This document shows, piece after piece, positions 27,365 through 36,531 of a DNA stretch of 64,000 bases. The position numbers were made by a program, and so were the translations under genes. Origin of the DNA: a virus. The stretch is taken from the IMG/VR virus record IMGVR_UViG_3300006880_000001, positions 1 to 64,000 of that record; one strand, given 5' to 3'. The notes under the pieces are model-generated. The model saw only the letters and a list, made by a program, of their open reading frames with translations, was not told the DNA's origin and made no database searches. How positions within the stretch are numbered: the stretch's first letter is position 1; each line of letters begins with the position of its first letter.

Positions 27365-28372
27365 ATGAAGCTCAGGATCGTGGTCACCGGCGCCCGCGGC
27401 TTCGTGGGTAGCATCTTCGCCCTCCGCGCCTTCGAGCGCGGCCACGCGGTCTTGGCTCTCGACGACGAGAGCCGAGGCCTCAACGACATCGAGGCAGCCA
27501 TCGGGCTCTGCTACCAGCGGCACGACTGCCTCGGCGGCATGCGCGACATCGCCGCGTCGTTCCTGGGGACGACCGACGTCGTCGCCCACTTCGCCGCCGC
27601 CACCGGGTCGCTCGAACGTCCGATCGACGAGCTCCGCGACTACAACGTCGGCATGACCCAGCGGGTCTACGAGGACGCCCTGGCGCTCGGCGCCAAGACC
27701 TTCCTCTGGCCCACCACCTCGCTGGCCCTGGGCGTACCCGACTCGCCCTACGTCCAGTCGAAGGAGGAGGGGCTCACCAAGCTCCGCGAGATCGACGCCA
27801 AGGCACGCATCTCGGTGCCGGTCCGGTTCTTCAACGTCGCCGGCGCCTACAAGGGATTCAGTGAGCTCCGCCGGAACGAAGTCCACGCGATCCCGGTGAT
27901 GCTGCAGAACTACCTGAACCGGACGCCCTTCATCGTCAACGGCGACGACTACGACACCGTCGACGGCACGCCGTCGCGCGACTTCGTCCACATCTTCGAC
28001 GTCGTCGAGTACCTCCTCGACATCGCCGAGGGCAAGATCCACCCCTGCGCCCACCGTACGGACGGCGCGGTATGGCTCGGCACCGGCATCGAGACCACCG
28101 TCCGTCATCTCATCCGCCTGTTCGACCATGCCGTCGGCCATCTCGACCACCGAATCGGTCCCCGCCGCGCGTTCGACTGTGGCCGGCTCGTGGTCGACCC
28201 GGACCAGCGGCAGCAGTTCTGGCGCGCGCGTAACGGCCTGGCCCCGTCCTGGGTCGCCGTCCGCGACGAGCTGACCGCGCTCTTGCACGCACCCCGCGAG
28301 CTTCTCGGCCTCCGCGTGATCGAGGTAGAACCCCAAGCGAAGACCGTCCCCGCGATGATCATGGGGCGCTGA
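27365..28372 (+). CDS. NAD-dependent epimerase/dehydratase (GalE-like)
   Basis: VTGARGFVG, HFAA, PYVQSK (YxxxK), RFFNVAG, GDDYDTVDGT..RDFVH. Confidence 0.9.
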   Translation: MKLRIVVTGARGFVGSIFALRAFERGHAVLALDDESRGLNDIEAAIGLCYQRHDCLGGMRDIAASFLGTTDVVAHFAAATGSLERPIDELRDYNVGMTQRVYEDALALGAKTFLWPTTSLALGVPDSPYVQSKEEGLTKLREIDAKARISVPVRFFNVAGAYKGFSELRRNEVHAIPVMLQNYLNRTPFIVNGDDYDTVDGTPSRDFVHIFDVVEYLLDIAEGKIHPCAHRTDGAVWLGTGIETTVRHLIRLFDHAVGHLDHRIGPRRAFDCGRLVVDPDQRQQFWRARNGLAPSWVAVRDELTALLHAPRELLGLRVIEVEPQAKTVPAMIMGR

Positions 28373-28489
28373 TGCGGACGACGGTTCTTCCGATGGTGTC
28401 GCCCGCCGCCGTCGCGTGGCTCGTCTACCTGGCGCTGTTCGGTCTCTTGGTGTGGGCGCTTGCGGACGGCCTCAGGGTCGAAGGTGGGA

Positions 28490-30157
28490 TCATGCTCCTG
28501 CTGGCGTGCATGCCCCGACGTGGCCGTGCGTTGCCACCATCGCCGCCGCCTCGTCGCGAGCGATGAGATCGCGCGTCACCTGATCGTCGGATGACGTCTG
28601 GGAGTTGTTCGACGAGGCGCCGTCCGCGGACACGCGCCAGTAGGCCTCCGGCTTCATGTCGTTGGCGTGGAAGCGGATGTACTGGATCTGCTCGGCGGTG
28701 GGGTCGACGTAGAGCTCGTCGCCGTGGACCCCACGCCAGACTGGACGCGCGACCCGGGTCAGGCGGTAGTTGGACAGGAAGTCCTCCATGTTGACGAGCC
28801 GCGGGTCGACATGGCTGCCCCAGCGCCGCTTGACCTCGCGGAGCGCCGACGTGCGCGCCGCGATGTTCGCCCAGCTGAGCACGAAGCCGCCCCGGCCGAG
28901 GGTACGGATCGCCTCCTCCGCGGGCATTGGAGCGTTGCAGAGCTCGGCCTTCTGTCCGTCGCGGAAGACCTGGTAGGGGCCGTAGCAGAGCGCGTGGTCG
29001 CGGAGCGCTCGCGCGTCGAGGAGGAGCTTGTTGGGCTCGAACCAGTCGTCGGAGCCAAGGCGGGTCCAGTACTCCGTCCACTCGCAGGCGAGGTCCATCC
29101 CGATCTCGTTCAGGGCGACAGCGCCCAGCTTCGGGTACCGCGCGTAGAAGACGCGGGGATCGCGATCCTGCCAGCGCCGCATGATGCTGCACGTGTCGTC
29201 GGTGGACCCATCGTCGAGGACGACCGCGATCCAGTACGGGTAGACCTGGCGCTCGAGGGACGCCAAGGTCTCGTCGAGGGCCCACCCGCGGTTGTGGGTC
29301 GGGATCACGACCGTGAAGGTCTGCTGCCGGGCCTTCATGTCGCCGAGGACCCGATCGATCAGCTCGACCTCCCGGGGCGTGTAGGGCCGGGGCATCCCCT
29401 CGCTCGTACGTTGCACCTGCCGGAAGCTCGCCGACTCGAAGTGGAGATGTCGGTTCGAGTCGCCAAGGCCGTTCCGGTAGGTCACGACCTTCCAGATGAG
29501 GTTCTTGCCGTAGTTCCCCCAGTGGATCACTTCGTAGGGGAAGACCTCGAGCTCGCCATCGTGACCCAGGAACTGTCGCGGGAACTGCGCGTGGTGGGTC
29601 CGGTAGACGACGTCGAAGCAGAGGTCCGGCGACCACCGCCACAGCTTCACGAACCAGCCGTCGTCGAAGCCGTAGTCGGTTCTCGCCCAGGTCGCGTTCC
29701 GCCACAGCTGGGTGTAGTGGCAGCGGTACGCCGGCGCGAGCTTGGGCAGCGTCGGGTCGCGCGGCGCAGCCGGGTCGCCGAGGCGTTCATGACAGAAGGC
29801 GCGGATGGCCGTGACGCCCTCGGGGGAGAGCTCCTCGTCGCCGTCGGCCCACCAGATGAAGTGGGGCCGTAGGCGATGGACGATCTGCATCATCCGATCC
29901 TTGACGGCCAGCTCGTTGCGGAAGTCCTGCTCCGCGGGATCGATCAGGAGGAGGTGCTCGGCGGGGATCTCGCGCTGCAGGACCGCGCGCGTCCCGTCGA
30001 TGGAGGCGTCGTCGCAAGCGACGATCACATCGCAGAACTGCCGCAGGTTGTTCAGGACCCGCGCGAGGTCCCCCTCCCGTACGATCTCGTTCCTGACCTT
30101 GAGGAAGCCACAGATGAGCGGGCGGTTCTCGTCGGACACGTCGGGGAGCTCCTTCAT
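28490..30157 (-). CDS. two-domain GT2-family glycosyltransferase
   Basis: CDDASIDGT / DGDE in the first domain; VVIPTHNR..LDDGSTD..LGSDDW in the second. Confidence 0.85.
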   Translation of the reverse strand: MKELPDVSDENRPLICGFLKVRNEIVREGDLARVLNNLRQFCDVIVACDDASIDGTRAVLQREIPAEHLLLIDPAEQDFRNELAVKDRMMQIVHRLRPHFIWWADGDEELSPEGVTAIRAFCHERLGDPAAPRDPTLPKLAPAYRCHYTQLWRNATWARTDYGFDDGWFVKLWRWSPDLCFDVVYRTHHAQFPRQFLGHDGELEVFPYEVIHWGNYGKNLIWKVVTYRNGLGDSNRHLHFESASFRQVQRTSEGMPRPYTPREVELIDRVLGDMKARQQTFTVVIPTHNRGWALDETLASLERQVYPYWIAVVLDDGSTDDTCSIMRRWQDRDPRVFYARYPKLGAVALNEIGMDLACEWTEYWTRLGSDDWFEPNKLLLDARALRDHALCYGPYQVFRDGQKAELCNAPMPAEEAIRTLGRGGFVLSWANIAARTSALREVKRRWGSHVDPRLVNMEDFLSNYRLTRVARPVWRGVHGDELYVDPTAEQIQYIRFHANDMKPEAYWRVSADGASSNNSQTSSDDQVTRDLIARDEAAAMVATHGHVGACTPAGA

Positions 30158-31188
30158 GGCTTGGCGCGGGTGAGGACGTCCACGATGCGCTCGGCGGCAC
30201 GCCCATCGCCGAATGTACCCTTACTGGTCCGCACCCGTCCCAAAAAGGACGAGACGAGCTCCGGCAGCGTCGAGATGTCTCGGACCAACTGACAGGCGCC
30301 GTCGAGGGCCTCCGGCCGTTCCGTGACGTCGCGCAGGATGAGGCACGGCCGTTCAGCGTCGGCGGCCTCCTCGATCAAGCCCCCCGAGTCGGTGATGACC
30401 ACGGCAGCGGTAGCCACGAGCTGGGCCATGGTCTCGTGGCGAACCGGCTGGAGGATGATGATGTCCGGGTGGTCTCGCACCACCGCCTCGACGGCGCGGC
30501 TGATGAGCGGATTCGGGTGTACCGACCAGAGGATCTTGAGCCGCTCGTTGGCGCACGCTCGTACGGCTTCGGCGATGAGGCGGATGCGCGGCCAATTCTC
30601 CCGACGGTGAACCGTGACCAGCGCGTAGTCGTCGCTGAGGGTCCGGCGGAGGTTCCGACACGCGTTGCGGAAGGCGTCGATGCCGGTGTTGCCCGTGATC
30701 GCGACCCGACCGAGGACGCGTTCGCGGTGGAGGTTCTGCGACGCGTGGGGCGTGGGTGCGAAGTGGAGCGTCGCGATCTGGCTGATGAGCCGCCGGTTGC
30801 CCTCCTCCGGGTACGGCCATTCGGAGTAGGTACGAAGGCCCGCTTCGACGTGCGCCACCACCGCCCCGCGGTACCACGCGGCCAACGCACCCGCGAGCGC
30901 CGTCGTGGTGTCGCCCTGAACCACCACGACGTCGGCATCGTGCTGCCTCAGGTGCATGCTGACCGCCGCGATCGCTTGCCCCAGGAGGATGTCGAGCCCC
31001 GTATCGGAGGTGCGATCGATGGGGGCCACATCGGCCGACAGCCCCGTCTCGGCCAAGTGCTTCTGCAAGAGATGCGCTTGCTGGCCGATCGCGAGCACGC
31101 GGTGTTGGACCTGGCGGGACGCCAGGACGTTGCAGATCGGCGCAAGCTTGATGAGCTCGGGCCGTGTGCCGAGAACCACGGTGATCAT
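30154..31188 (-). CDS. wecB: UDP-N-acetylglucosamine 2-epimerase (non-hydrolysing)
   Basis: GTRPELIKLAP, VQGDTTT, HVEAGLRT, PEEGNR, TGNTGID, HRREN, TDSGG, TERPE. Confidence 0.93.
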   Translation of the reverse strand: MITVVLGTRPELIKLAPICNVLASRQVQHRVLAIGQQAHLLQKHLAETGLSADVAPIDRTSDTGLDILLGQAIAAVSMHLRQHDADVVVVQGDTTTALAGALAAWYRGAVVAHVEAGLRTYSEWPYPEEGNRRLISQIATLHFAPTPHASQNLHRERVLGRVAITGNTGIDAFRNACRNLRRTLSDDYALVTVHRRENWPRIRLIAEAVRACANERLKILWSVHPNPLISRAVEAVVRDHPDIIILQPVRHETMAQLVATAAVVITDSGGLIEEAADAERPCLILRDVTERPEALDGACQLVRDISTLPELVSSFLGRVRTSKGTFGDGRAAERIVDVLTRAKP

Positions 31189-31238
31189 GGTGGCGCCTCC
31201 ACCAATACCACACGGAGTTCCGTATCCGTGCTAACTGG

Positions 31239-32057
31239 ATGGACATGGAACGGCCTCCGCTGCTCTGCGCTGCGATGCCTACCCGGAACGACCGCCTGCC
31301 GCTCCTACCTTGGGCCATCCGCCAATGGCTCGCGCAGACCGAAGACGTCCGTGGCAGCGCCTTCTGCCAACTCTGGATCGGCGTCGACGGAGGGTGGTCG
31401 GACGCCGCGCGGGTCACCACGTGGTTGACCCAGCAGCTGCACGGTCTACCGCCCGAAGTACTCATCGTCCCCATCCCGTTCGCAGGTGCGATCGGTGGGA
31501 AGCGCAACCTCCTCCTGGAGGAGATCGACCGCGGAACGGAGCGCCTCGGCCTGAAGGTCTGGATCCTCACCTGGGACGACGACGACTTCCATGGACCGAA
31601 CCGCCTCCTCTACACCACCCGCGCGATCCAGAAGGACCGCAACGTGACCGTCCTCGGCACGCGCATCATGAAGATCTTCCTGCTCCCGCGCGGTGAGGCG
31701 TGGCGCTATGAGTACCCTGCGGGGCGCCGCCCGGAGTACTACGTCGGCGGCACCATGGCGTTCCGGATCGACGAATGGCGGGCAGAGCCATACAGCGGGG
31801 CGGCCAAGACCGGCGAGGATGCCACCTGGGTCGTGAACCGCATCATGGCGGGCGCGGTCCACGCAGAGATTCCCCACGTCGGCGACGAGTACGTCGCCAT
31901 CTACCACACCGGCAACACGGCCTCACAGCTCCCACCCGAAGACGGCTTCCGAGATCCCTGGTTCGAACCGACGACGCTGGCGCCTTCCTTCTGGGCCGCC
32001 TGGCCGGAGATCGACGCGGCCTACCAGGCATTTCGAGGAACGGCCACCGCACCGTGA
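31239..32057 (+). CDS. GT2-like glycosyltransferase
   Basis: MPTRNDR, IGGKRN, WDDDD, GED. Confidence 0.75.
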   Translation: MDMERPPLLCAAMPTRNDRLPLLPWAIRQWLAQTEDVRGSAFCQLWIGVDGGWSDAARVTTWLTQQLHGLPPEVLIVPIPFAGAIGGKRNLLLEEIDRGTERLGLKVWILTWDDDDFHGPNRLLYTTRAIQKDRNVTVLGTRIMKIFLLPRGEAWRYEYPAGRRPEYYVGGTMAFRIDEWRAEPYSGAAKTGEDATWVVNRIMAGAVHAEIPHVGDEYVAIYHTGNTASQLPPEDGFRDPWFEPTTLAPSFWAAWPEIDAAYQAFRGTATAP

Positions 32058-32070
32058 TACTTATGGCCTG

Positions 32071-32403
32071 ATGCTGCCCAAGCCGTTGCGGTCCGGCGCC
32101 AAGCTCCACCTCTCCAACCGCTTCCGCGCCACCCTTCTGAAGGCTGTCGACGTAGCGTTTGCCATGGCGCTCGTTGACGATCCCACGCTCGAGAGGTTGC
32201 GCGCCCAGGTCACCAACCGACTTGGAGCGCGGTTACCGCTCACGGAGCGTCAGACGACACGTACGGCCCGCGTGCTGCTTGAGGCCATGTTGATCACTTT
32301 CTCCACGCACCTCGATGCAAAGGACCGGGCGGAGATGGAATCCTTCCTGGAGATGATCGAGGCGAAGAATGCGCAGGTTGCCAAGCGGAAGAGGCGCCGC
32401 TAG
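32071..32403 (+). CDS. hypothetical protein
   Basis: 110 aa helical ORF with a basic tail. Confidence 0.55.
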   Translation: MLPKPLRSGAKLHLSNRFRATLLKAVDVAFAMALVDDPTLERLRAQVTNRLGARLPLTERQTTRTARVLLEAMLITFSTHLDAKDRAEMESFLEMIEAKNAQVAKRKRRR

Positions 32404-32442
32404 ACGATCCGTAGGTCACAGCGCCGTGATACGGTTCGCGGC

Positions 32443-32607
32443 ATGATCCTGCCCTACGTTCCCGTCCTCGTCATGGTCGCTGGTCTCTTGCTGTACCTGC
32501 TGAGCAGCAACGCGAAGGCGCAGGAGCTCGGCCGGATCCTGTTCTTCGTCGGTCTGTTCTTCACGGTCGGTGTCATCGGCGGTGCGAAGGTCCTGACCCT
32601 CAAGTAG
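32443..32607 (+). CDS. small two-TM membrane protein (54 aa)
   Basis: Read manually: MILPYVPVLVMVAGLLLYLLSSNAKAQELGRILFFVGLFF...; leaderless after a GTCAC-N10-TACGGT promoter. Confidence 0.7.
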   Translation: MILPYVPVLVMVAGLLLYLLSSNAKAQELGRILFFVGLFFTVGVIGGAKVLTLK

Positions 32608-32634
32608 TTCACCGACGGTGATCGATCACGGCCC

Positions 32635-32663
32635 TTGACACGCCTACATGGTGTCGCTAGGTT
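32635..32663 (+). promoter_or_regulatory. sigma70 promoter of the Pth2/tRNA-like operon
   Basis: TTGACA-N17-TAGGTT, 7 nt upstream of ATG 32671. Confidence 0.7.
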
Positions 32664-33025
32664 CGGTGGCATGTCCCATTGACCGTCAGCCGCCCGCGGC
32701 CACGTCACTCGCCCACTACGTCGTCATCCGCGCTGACCTCCCCCTCGGGTTGAAGGTCGCCAACACAGTCCACGCAGCTGGGCTATCCGCCTCCTGGCGA
32801 GACGGTCCGCTGCCCACCGACACCATCGCCGTGGCTCTCGCCGCGCGTGATGAGAGCCACCTCCACGAGCTCTCCGTGAAGCTCGCGGAGCGCAACATCC
32901 TCCACCACCCTGTCCGTGAGTCCGACGGACCCTACGCGGGGCAGTGGATGGCCATCGGCCTCGAGCCGACCGCCGACCGCGACGCGGTCAGAAAGGTGGT
33001 CTCGCACCTACCGCTCGTGCGGTGA
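32648..33025 (+). CDS. peptidyl-tRNA hydrolase type 2-like protein (PTH2/PTRHD1-like); true start probably the out-of-frame ATG 32671
   Basis: YVVIRADL..G.KVAN.VHAA, VALAARDE, AIGLEP, VVSHLPL. Confidence 0.75.
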   Translation: MVSLGSVACPIDRQPPAATSLAHYVVIRADLPLGLKVANTVHAAGLSASWRDGPLPTDTIAVALAARDESHLHELSVKLAERNILHHPVRESDGPYAGQWMAIGLEPTADRDAVRKVVSHLPLVR

Positions 33026-33033
33026 ACGTTCCT

Positions 33034-33108
33034 GGGGTCGTGGTGTACGCACGCACGCGCCGTCCTCGCGCCGGCGAAGACCTGGCCTGCCGCCAGGCGA
33101 CCCCACCA
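33034..33108 (+). tRNA. non-canonical tRNA-like gene 1 (9-nt anticodon loop UCCUCGCGC)
   Basis: GGGGTCG/CGACCCC acceptor + A-CCA; GTGT/GCAC D stem; CGCCG/CGGCG anticodon stem; CCTGG/CCAGG T stem with 7-nt loop lacking TTC. Confidence 0.75.
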
Positions 33109-33109
33109 A

Positions 33110-33186
33110 GCGCGCTTAGCTCAGCAGCAGAGCACCGAGCGTAATGGACTCGGGTGTCGGGGGTGCGACTCCCTCAGCGCGCGCCA
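33110..33186 (+). tRNA. non-canonical tRNA-like gene 2 (9-nt anticodon loop CGUAAUGGA)
   Basis: GCGCGCT/AGCGCGC acceptor + G-CCA; TA-GCTC/GAGC D arm; CCGAG/CTCGG stem; GGGGG/CCCTC T stem with TGCGACT loop. Confidence 0.85.
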
Positions 33187-33218
33187 GCTGTCACCCTGTT
33201 GTGGTAACGATGCGGGGT

Positions 33219-33470
33219 ATGAGCGATCGATCCAGCGCCGACATCTTCGCGACGATGTTCCTGCTGCTCGACTCGGACAAGACCAAGGAGCAGATCGCCC
33301 AGGAGCTGTGGAAGAAGACATTCGAGTTTGACTTCTCATGCCAGCAGCTCGAGATCGACGACACGTTGGTGCGGTTTGGCCTCGCCAGAAAGGTGAAGCG
33401 CCCCGACTACCCCGACGAGACCATCACCCAGTACCGGCGCGCGGACGGTCGGCGCTGGGATGATCCGTAG
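33219..33470 (+). CDS. hypothetical protein
   Basis: MSDRSSADIF..., GTCAC-N10-TA promoter upstream. Confidence 0.6.
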   Translation: MSDRSSADIFATMFLLLDSDKTKEQIAQELWKKTFEFDFSCQQLEIDDTLVRFGLARKVKRPDYPDETITQYRRADGRRWDDP

Positions 33471-33471
33471 G

Positions 33472-34404
33472 TCACCAGGACCCGATCGCGACCTTCGCCC
33501 GCTCGACGTAGGAGGTGATCCAGGCCGCCTCCTCGGGGAAGTAGATGGCCGGGACGTCGAAGCACCACCAGGGTCTCTCGCCGGGGTAGAAGCGGCAGGG
33601 GATGAAGTCGATCGGCGCCGACGGCGGGTCCCCACGGCCAGGGATCCAGCCATCCGCGAGGAGCAGGAGCCCCCGGTGCATGTGCTCGTGGGGCGTTAGC
33701 TGTGGAGCGTCGATGGGGTCGACCAGGTAGAGATCTCCCTGCCGCCAGACCCCCGTCGAGACCTCCTCCACGACACCCTGGGCGCGGGGATGGGCGAGGA
33801 AGGCATACGACCCGATCGTTTCGTCGAGGTCGGTGTAGTTGGTCCGGGAGGGCAGGTACGGCGCGATCGTGTCGACCAGGGCGTCGTGGGGGATTCCGTA
33901 GTTGAGGGGGAGCATGTAGCGCCAGATCTCGGCGGTGGCCCCCGAGTAGCACATCGGGAACCGGACCTCACCGGGGCGCATGACCGCCGGCGGCCTTGGT
34001 GGCACGGGCGCCGCGGGCTGCATCCAGATGTCCCCGAGGCCGCGGTAGACGATGAAGTCCTCGCGGCGATCGAAGAAGGTCCGCGACAGGGGGATCATGT
34101 CCACGTCGGAGGTCAGGAGGAAGTCCTCGGGGTCGAGGAAGGGCTCGCAAGCGGCGACCAGCCGCGCACAGCGCATCGTGTTGGCGATGCCGAGCGGGGC
34201 CACCGCGTCGATGATGCTGGTGGTGGAACCCGCGAGCGCGAGCTCGGCGCGCACGAGATCGCCGAACGGCGTGTCCCAGCCCTCGGCGTGGAGGTACACC
34301 AACGCCTTGTAGCCGAGACGGCGCCACAGGCGGACGACCAGGGGGAGGTAGATGGCGTAGGTGGGGGCAGCGTCGCAGGCGAGGACGATGTAGCGTTGCT
34401 TCAT
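33472..34404 (-). CDS. putative glycosyltransferase (DxD)
   Basis: ARL, LLTSDVDMIPL, PMCY; glyco-cluster context. Confidence 0.6.
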   Translation of the reverse strand: MKQRYIVLACDAAPTYAIYLPLVVRLWRRLGYKALVYLHAEGWDTPFGDLVRAELALAGSTTSIIDAVAPLGIANTMRCARLVAACEPFLDPEDFLLTSDVDMIPLSRTFFDRREDFIVYRGLGDIWMQPAAPVPPRPPAVMRPGEVRFPMCYSGATAEIWRYMLPLNYGIPHDALVDTIAPYLPSRTNYTDLDETIGSYAFLAHPRAQGVVEEVSTGVWRQGDLYLVDPIDAPQLTPHEHMHRGLLLLADGWIPGRGDPPSAPIDFIPCRFYPGERPWWCFDVPAIYFPEEAAWITSYVERAKVAIGSW

Positions 34405-35012
34405 CTCGGGGGCACCAGGTCGCGGAGGAAGGGATGCCACGAACGCCAGCTCTCTTTGTGCTCGGGGAAGGCGCGCGTGATGGTCTCGTGGTAGCGGTCG
34501 AGCTCGTCGAGGTTGACGAACCGCTCGCGCCAGAGGACGGCGGTGTGGGGTGTGGCGTGGGTGAAGACCGAACGGCGCCAGTCGCCCTGGACGGCGTCGC
34601 GGTACGACGGCTCCTCGAAGTCGTGGGCGACGACGATGGGCGCCCGGGTTTGACTGGTGACGAACGCGATGGTGTCGACCCGGGCGTCGACGGTGACCGA
34701 GTCGTCGATGAAGACGACGTCGTAGTCGTGGTAGTGGAGGAACGGTGCGGCGAGCTTCGCCATGGGCACCCCCTCCTCGTAGTGGAGGCGGCAACCCGGC
34801 CACGGATCGGTGAAGAACTCTCGGCGGACCGCCTCGTAGTACCAGGCCTCGCCGTTCTCGAGGACGTCCAGATGCGTGAGGTCGGGGAAGACCACGTCGT
34901 CCTGGAACATCGGTGAGCTGAAGCATCCCGATCCGAGCTCGAGAAGCCGCCGGATCGGACGGAGCTGCGCTAGAAGGACGAAGACCGGGATGTGCGATCC
35001 GGAGGCGATCAT
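34401..35012 (-). CDS. methyltransferase-like protein
   Basis: LLELGSGCFSS, DVVFIDD, VVAHD. Confidence 0.65.
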   Translation of the reverse strand: MIASGSHIPVFVLLAQLRPIRRLLELGSGCFSSPMFQDDVVFPDLTHLDVLENGEAWYYEAVRREFFTDPWPGCRLHYEEGVPMAKLAAPFLHYHDYDVVFIDDSVTVDARVDTIAFVTSQTRAPIVVAHDFEEPSYRDAVQGDWRRSVFTHATPHTAVLWRERFVNLDELDRYHETITRAFPEHKESWRSWHPFLRDLVPPR

Positions 35013-35854
35013 GCGTCGGGCCCGAAGGGGAGGATGGTGACGAACCCGAAGGGCTCGATCTCGTCTGGGGGCCACGCCGCGCGTTCGAGGCCCGAGAGAC
35101 GCTCGGTGAGCGCCATGTCGGTCTGCACCACCTTCTGCAGCTGCGGCGCGTAGGTGGCGCCGTCCGCGGCGATGCGATACCACGCGTCCGGGCGGTACCA
35201 GTACGTCGGGATCTGGTCGGTGTGGGTGGCCCCCGCGGCGACCCGGGCGCCATCGACCGAGAGGCCGCGCCAGACGAACTCCGTGAAGCGCGCGGCACGG
35301 ACGTTGAACAGCCAGTCCTCCATGTTGCGGAGGCCGGGGTCGACGAAGTTGCCGAAGCGCGCCTTCACCTTGGCGAGCACCGACGTCTTCATGGCGATGT
35401 TCGCCCACGAGGCGCAGAACGAACCGGCGAGGAGCTCCTGGCGCGCGGGCCGTGGGTAGTTGCCAGCGCCGGCGACGTTGCCCTCGTTCTCGTAGGGACC
35501 GAAGCAGGCGTCGGCGAAGCGTAGGGCGATGCGGTCCAGCGCGAGCTTCTCGGGCTCGAACCAGTCATCGGAGCCGAGGCGGACCCAGTAGGTCCCCTCC
35601 GCGACGGCGAGCTCCATGCCGATCTCGTTCATCGCGACGCCGCCGCGGTTGTCGTCGAAGCGGCGGTAGCGGATGCGCGGGTCGATCGTGTATGGGTGCA
35701 CGACGGCTTCGGTGTTGTCGATGGAGCCGTCGTCGAGGATGTACAGCCGCCAGTCGCGGTCGGTCTGCGCGCGCACCGACTCGATGGCCTGGGGCAGCGT
35801 CTTGGCCCGGTTGTAGGTGGGCAGGATGACGACGAAACGACCTTCCTTGTGCAT
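35009..35854 (-). CDS. GT2-family glycosyltransferase (paralogue of the C-domain of 28490-30157)
   Basis: ILPTYNR, LDDGSID, RLGSDDWFEP, SWANIA, NMEDW. Confidence 0.88.
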   Translation of the reverse strand: MHKEGRFVVILPTYNRAKTLPQAIESVRAQTDRDWRLYILDDGSIDNTEAVVHPYTIDPRIRYRRFDDNRGGVAMNEIGMELAVAEGTYWVRLGSDDWFEPEKLALDRIALRFADACFGPYENEGNVAGAGNYPRPARQELLAGSFCASWANIAMKTSVLAKVKARFGNFVDPGLRNMEDWLFNVRAARFTEFVWRGLSVDGARVAAGATHTDQIPTYWYRPDAWYRIAADGATYAPQLQKVVQTDMALTERLSGLERAAWPPDEIEPFGFVTILPFGPDA

Positions 35855-36531
35855 CAGGGTCTCCGACAGTAGAACGTGCGGAAGTCGCCGCAGTTGTAGA
35901 CCTGGACGTCCTCGATCCGGAAGCCGGCGCGTTCGATGACCTCGCGGCCCGCCGCCTCGGTGTAGTGGCGGGCGATGCAGCCATCACCGTCGGTGCAGGA
36001 CCCGAAGGCCGCGTCCTCCGCCCAACCCTGCTCGAGGCGGGGGGCGATGATCCAGTCGCAGCGCTGCCGCAGGTGCTCGGTGTAGAGCATGAACGTCGCC
36101 CAGCCGGTGGGCCGCAGCCGTGCGTGCAGCGCACGGAGCACGACGTGCATCATCGGCTCCTCGATGTGGTGGAGGACGCCGTGCGAGTTGATGACGTCGT
36201 AGGTCACGTCCGCCGGCGGAAGCGCGTCGCTCGCCGTCAGCCACCAGAACTGCGCGCGTGCCAGCATCCGCGGTCCGAGGAGCTCTTCGATGCGGCGGCG
36301 CGAGGTCTCGAGGTTGTCGGGGACGATGTCCACCAGGGTCACGTGCTCGGCGCCCGCCTTTAGGTACGACATGGCGTCGGCACCGCCGCCGCAGCCGTAC
36401 TCGAGGACCCTCTTGCCAGCGACCTCGGCCAGGTGTTGGACCCGCGCGTGGTCCGGGTAGACCACGGTCTTGTCAGGCGGGAAGCCCGACGCGTGGATCC
36501 AGAATTGGCGATCTGCGGCTAGCCGAGTCAT
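35854..36531 (-). CDS. class I SAM-dependent methyltransferase (paralogue of 26608-27312)
   Basis: ASGFPPDK..YPDH, VLEYGCGGG, HGVLHHIE, MLYTE, TDGDGC. Confidence 0.88.
   Translation of the reverse strand: MTRLAADRQFWIHASGFPPDKTVVYPDHARVQHLAEVAGKRVLEYGCGGGADAMSYLKAGAEHVTLVDIVPDNLETSRRRIEELLGPRMLARAQFWWLTASDALPPADVTYDVINSHGVLHHIEEPMMHVVLRALHARLRPTGWATFMLYTEHLRQRCDWIIAPRLEQGWAEDAAFGSCTDGDGCIARHYTEAAGREVIERAGFRIEDVQVYNCGDFRTFYCRRP

Noticed and set aside
33034-33186. tRNA genes as an integration site or ordinary decayed tRNAs
   Set aside because: No duplicated 3' end was noticed elsewhere in the window, and all stems and CCA ends are intact while the loops deviate in parallel.
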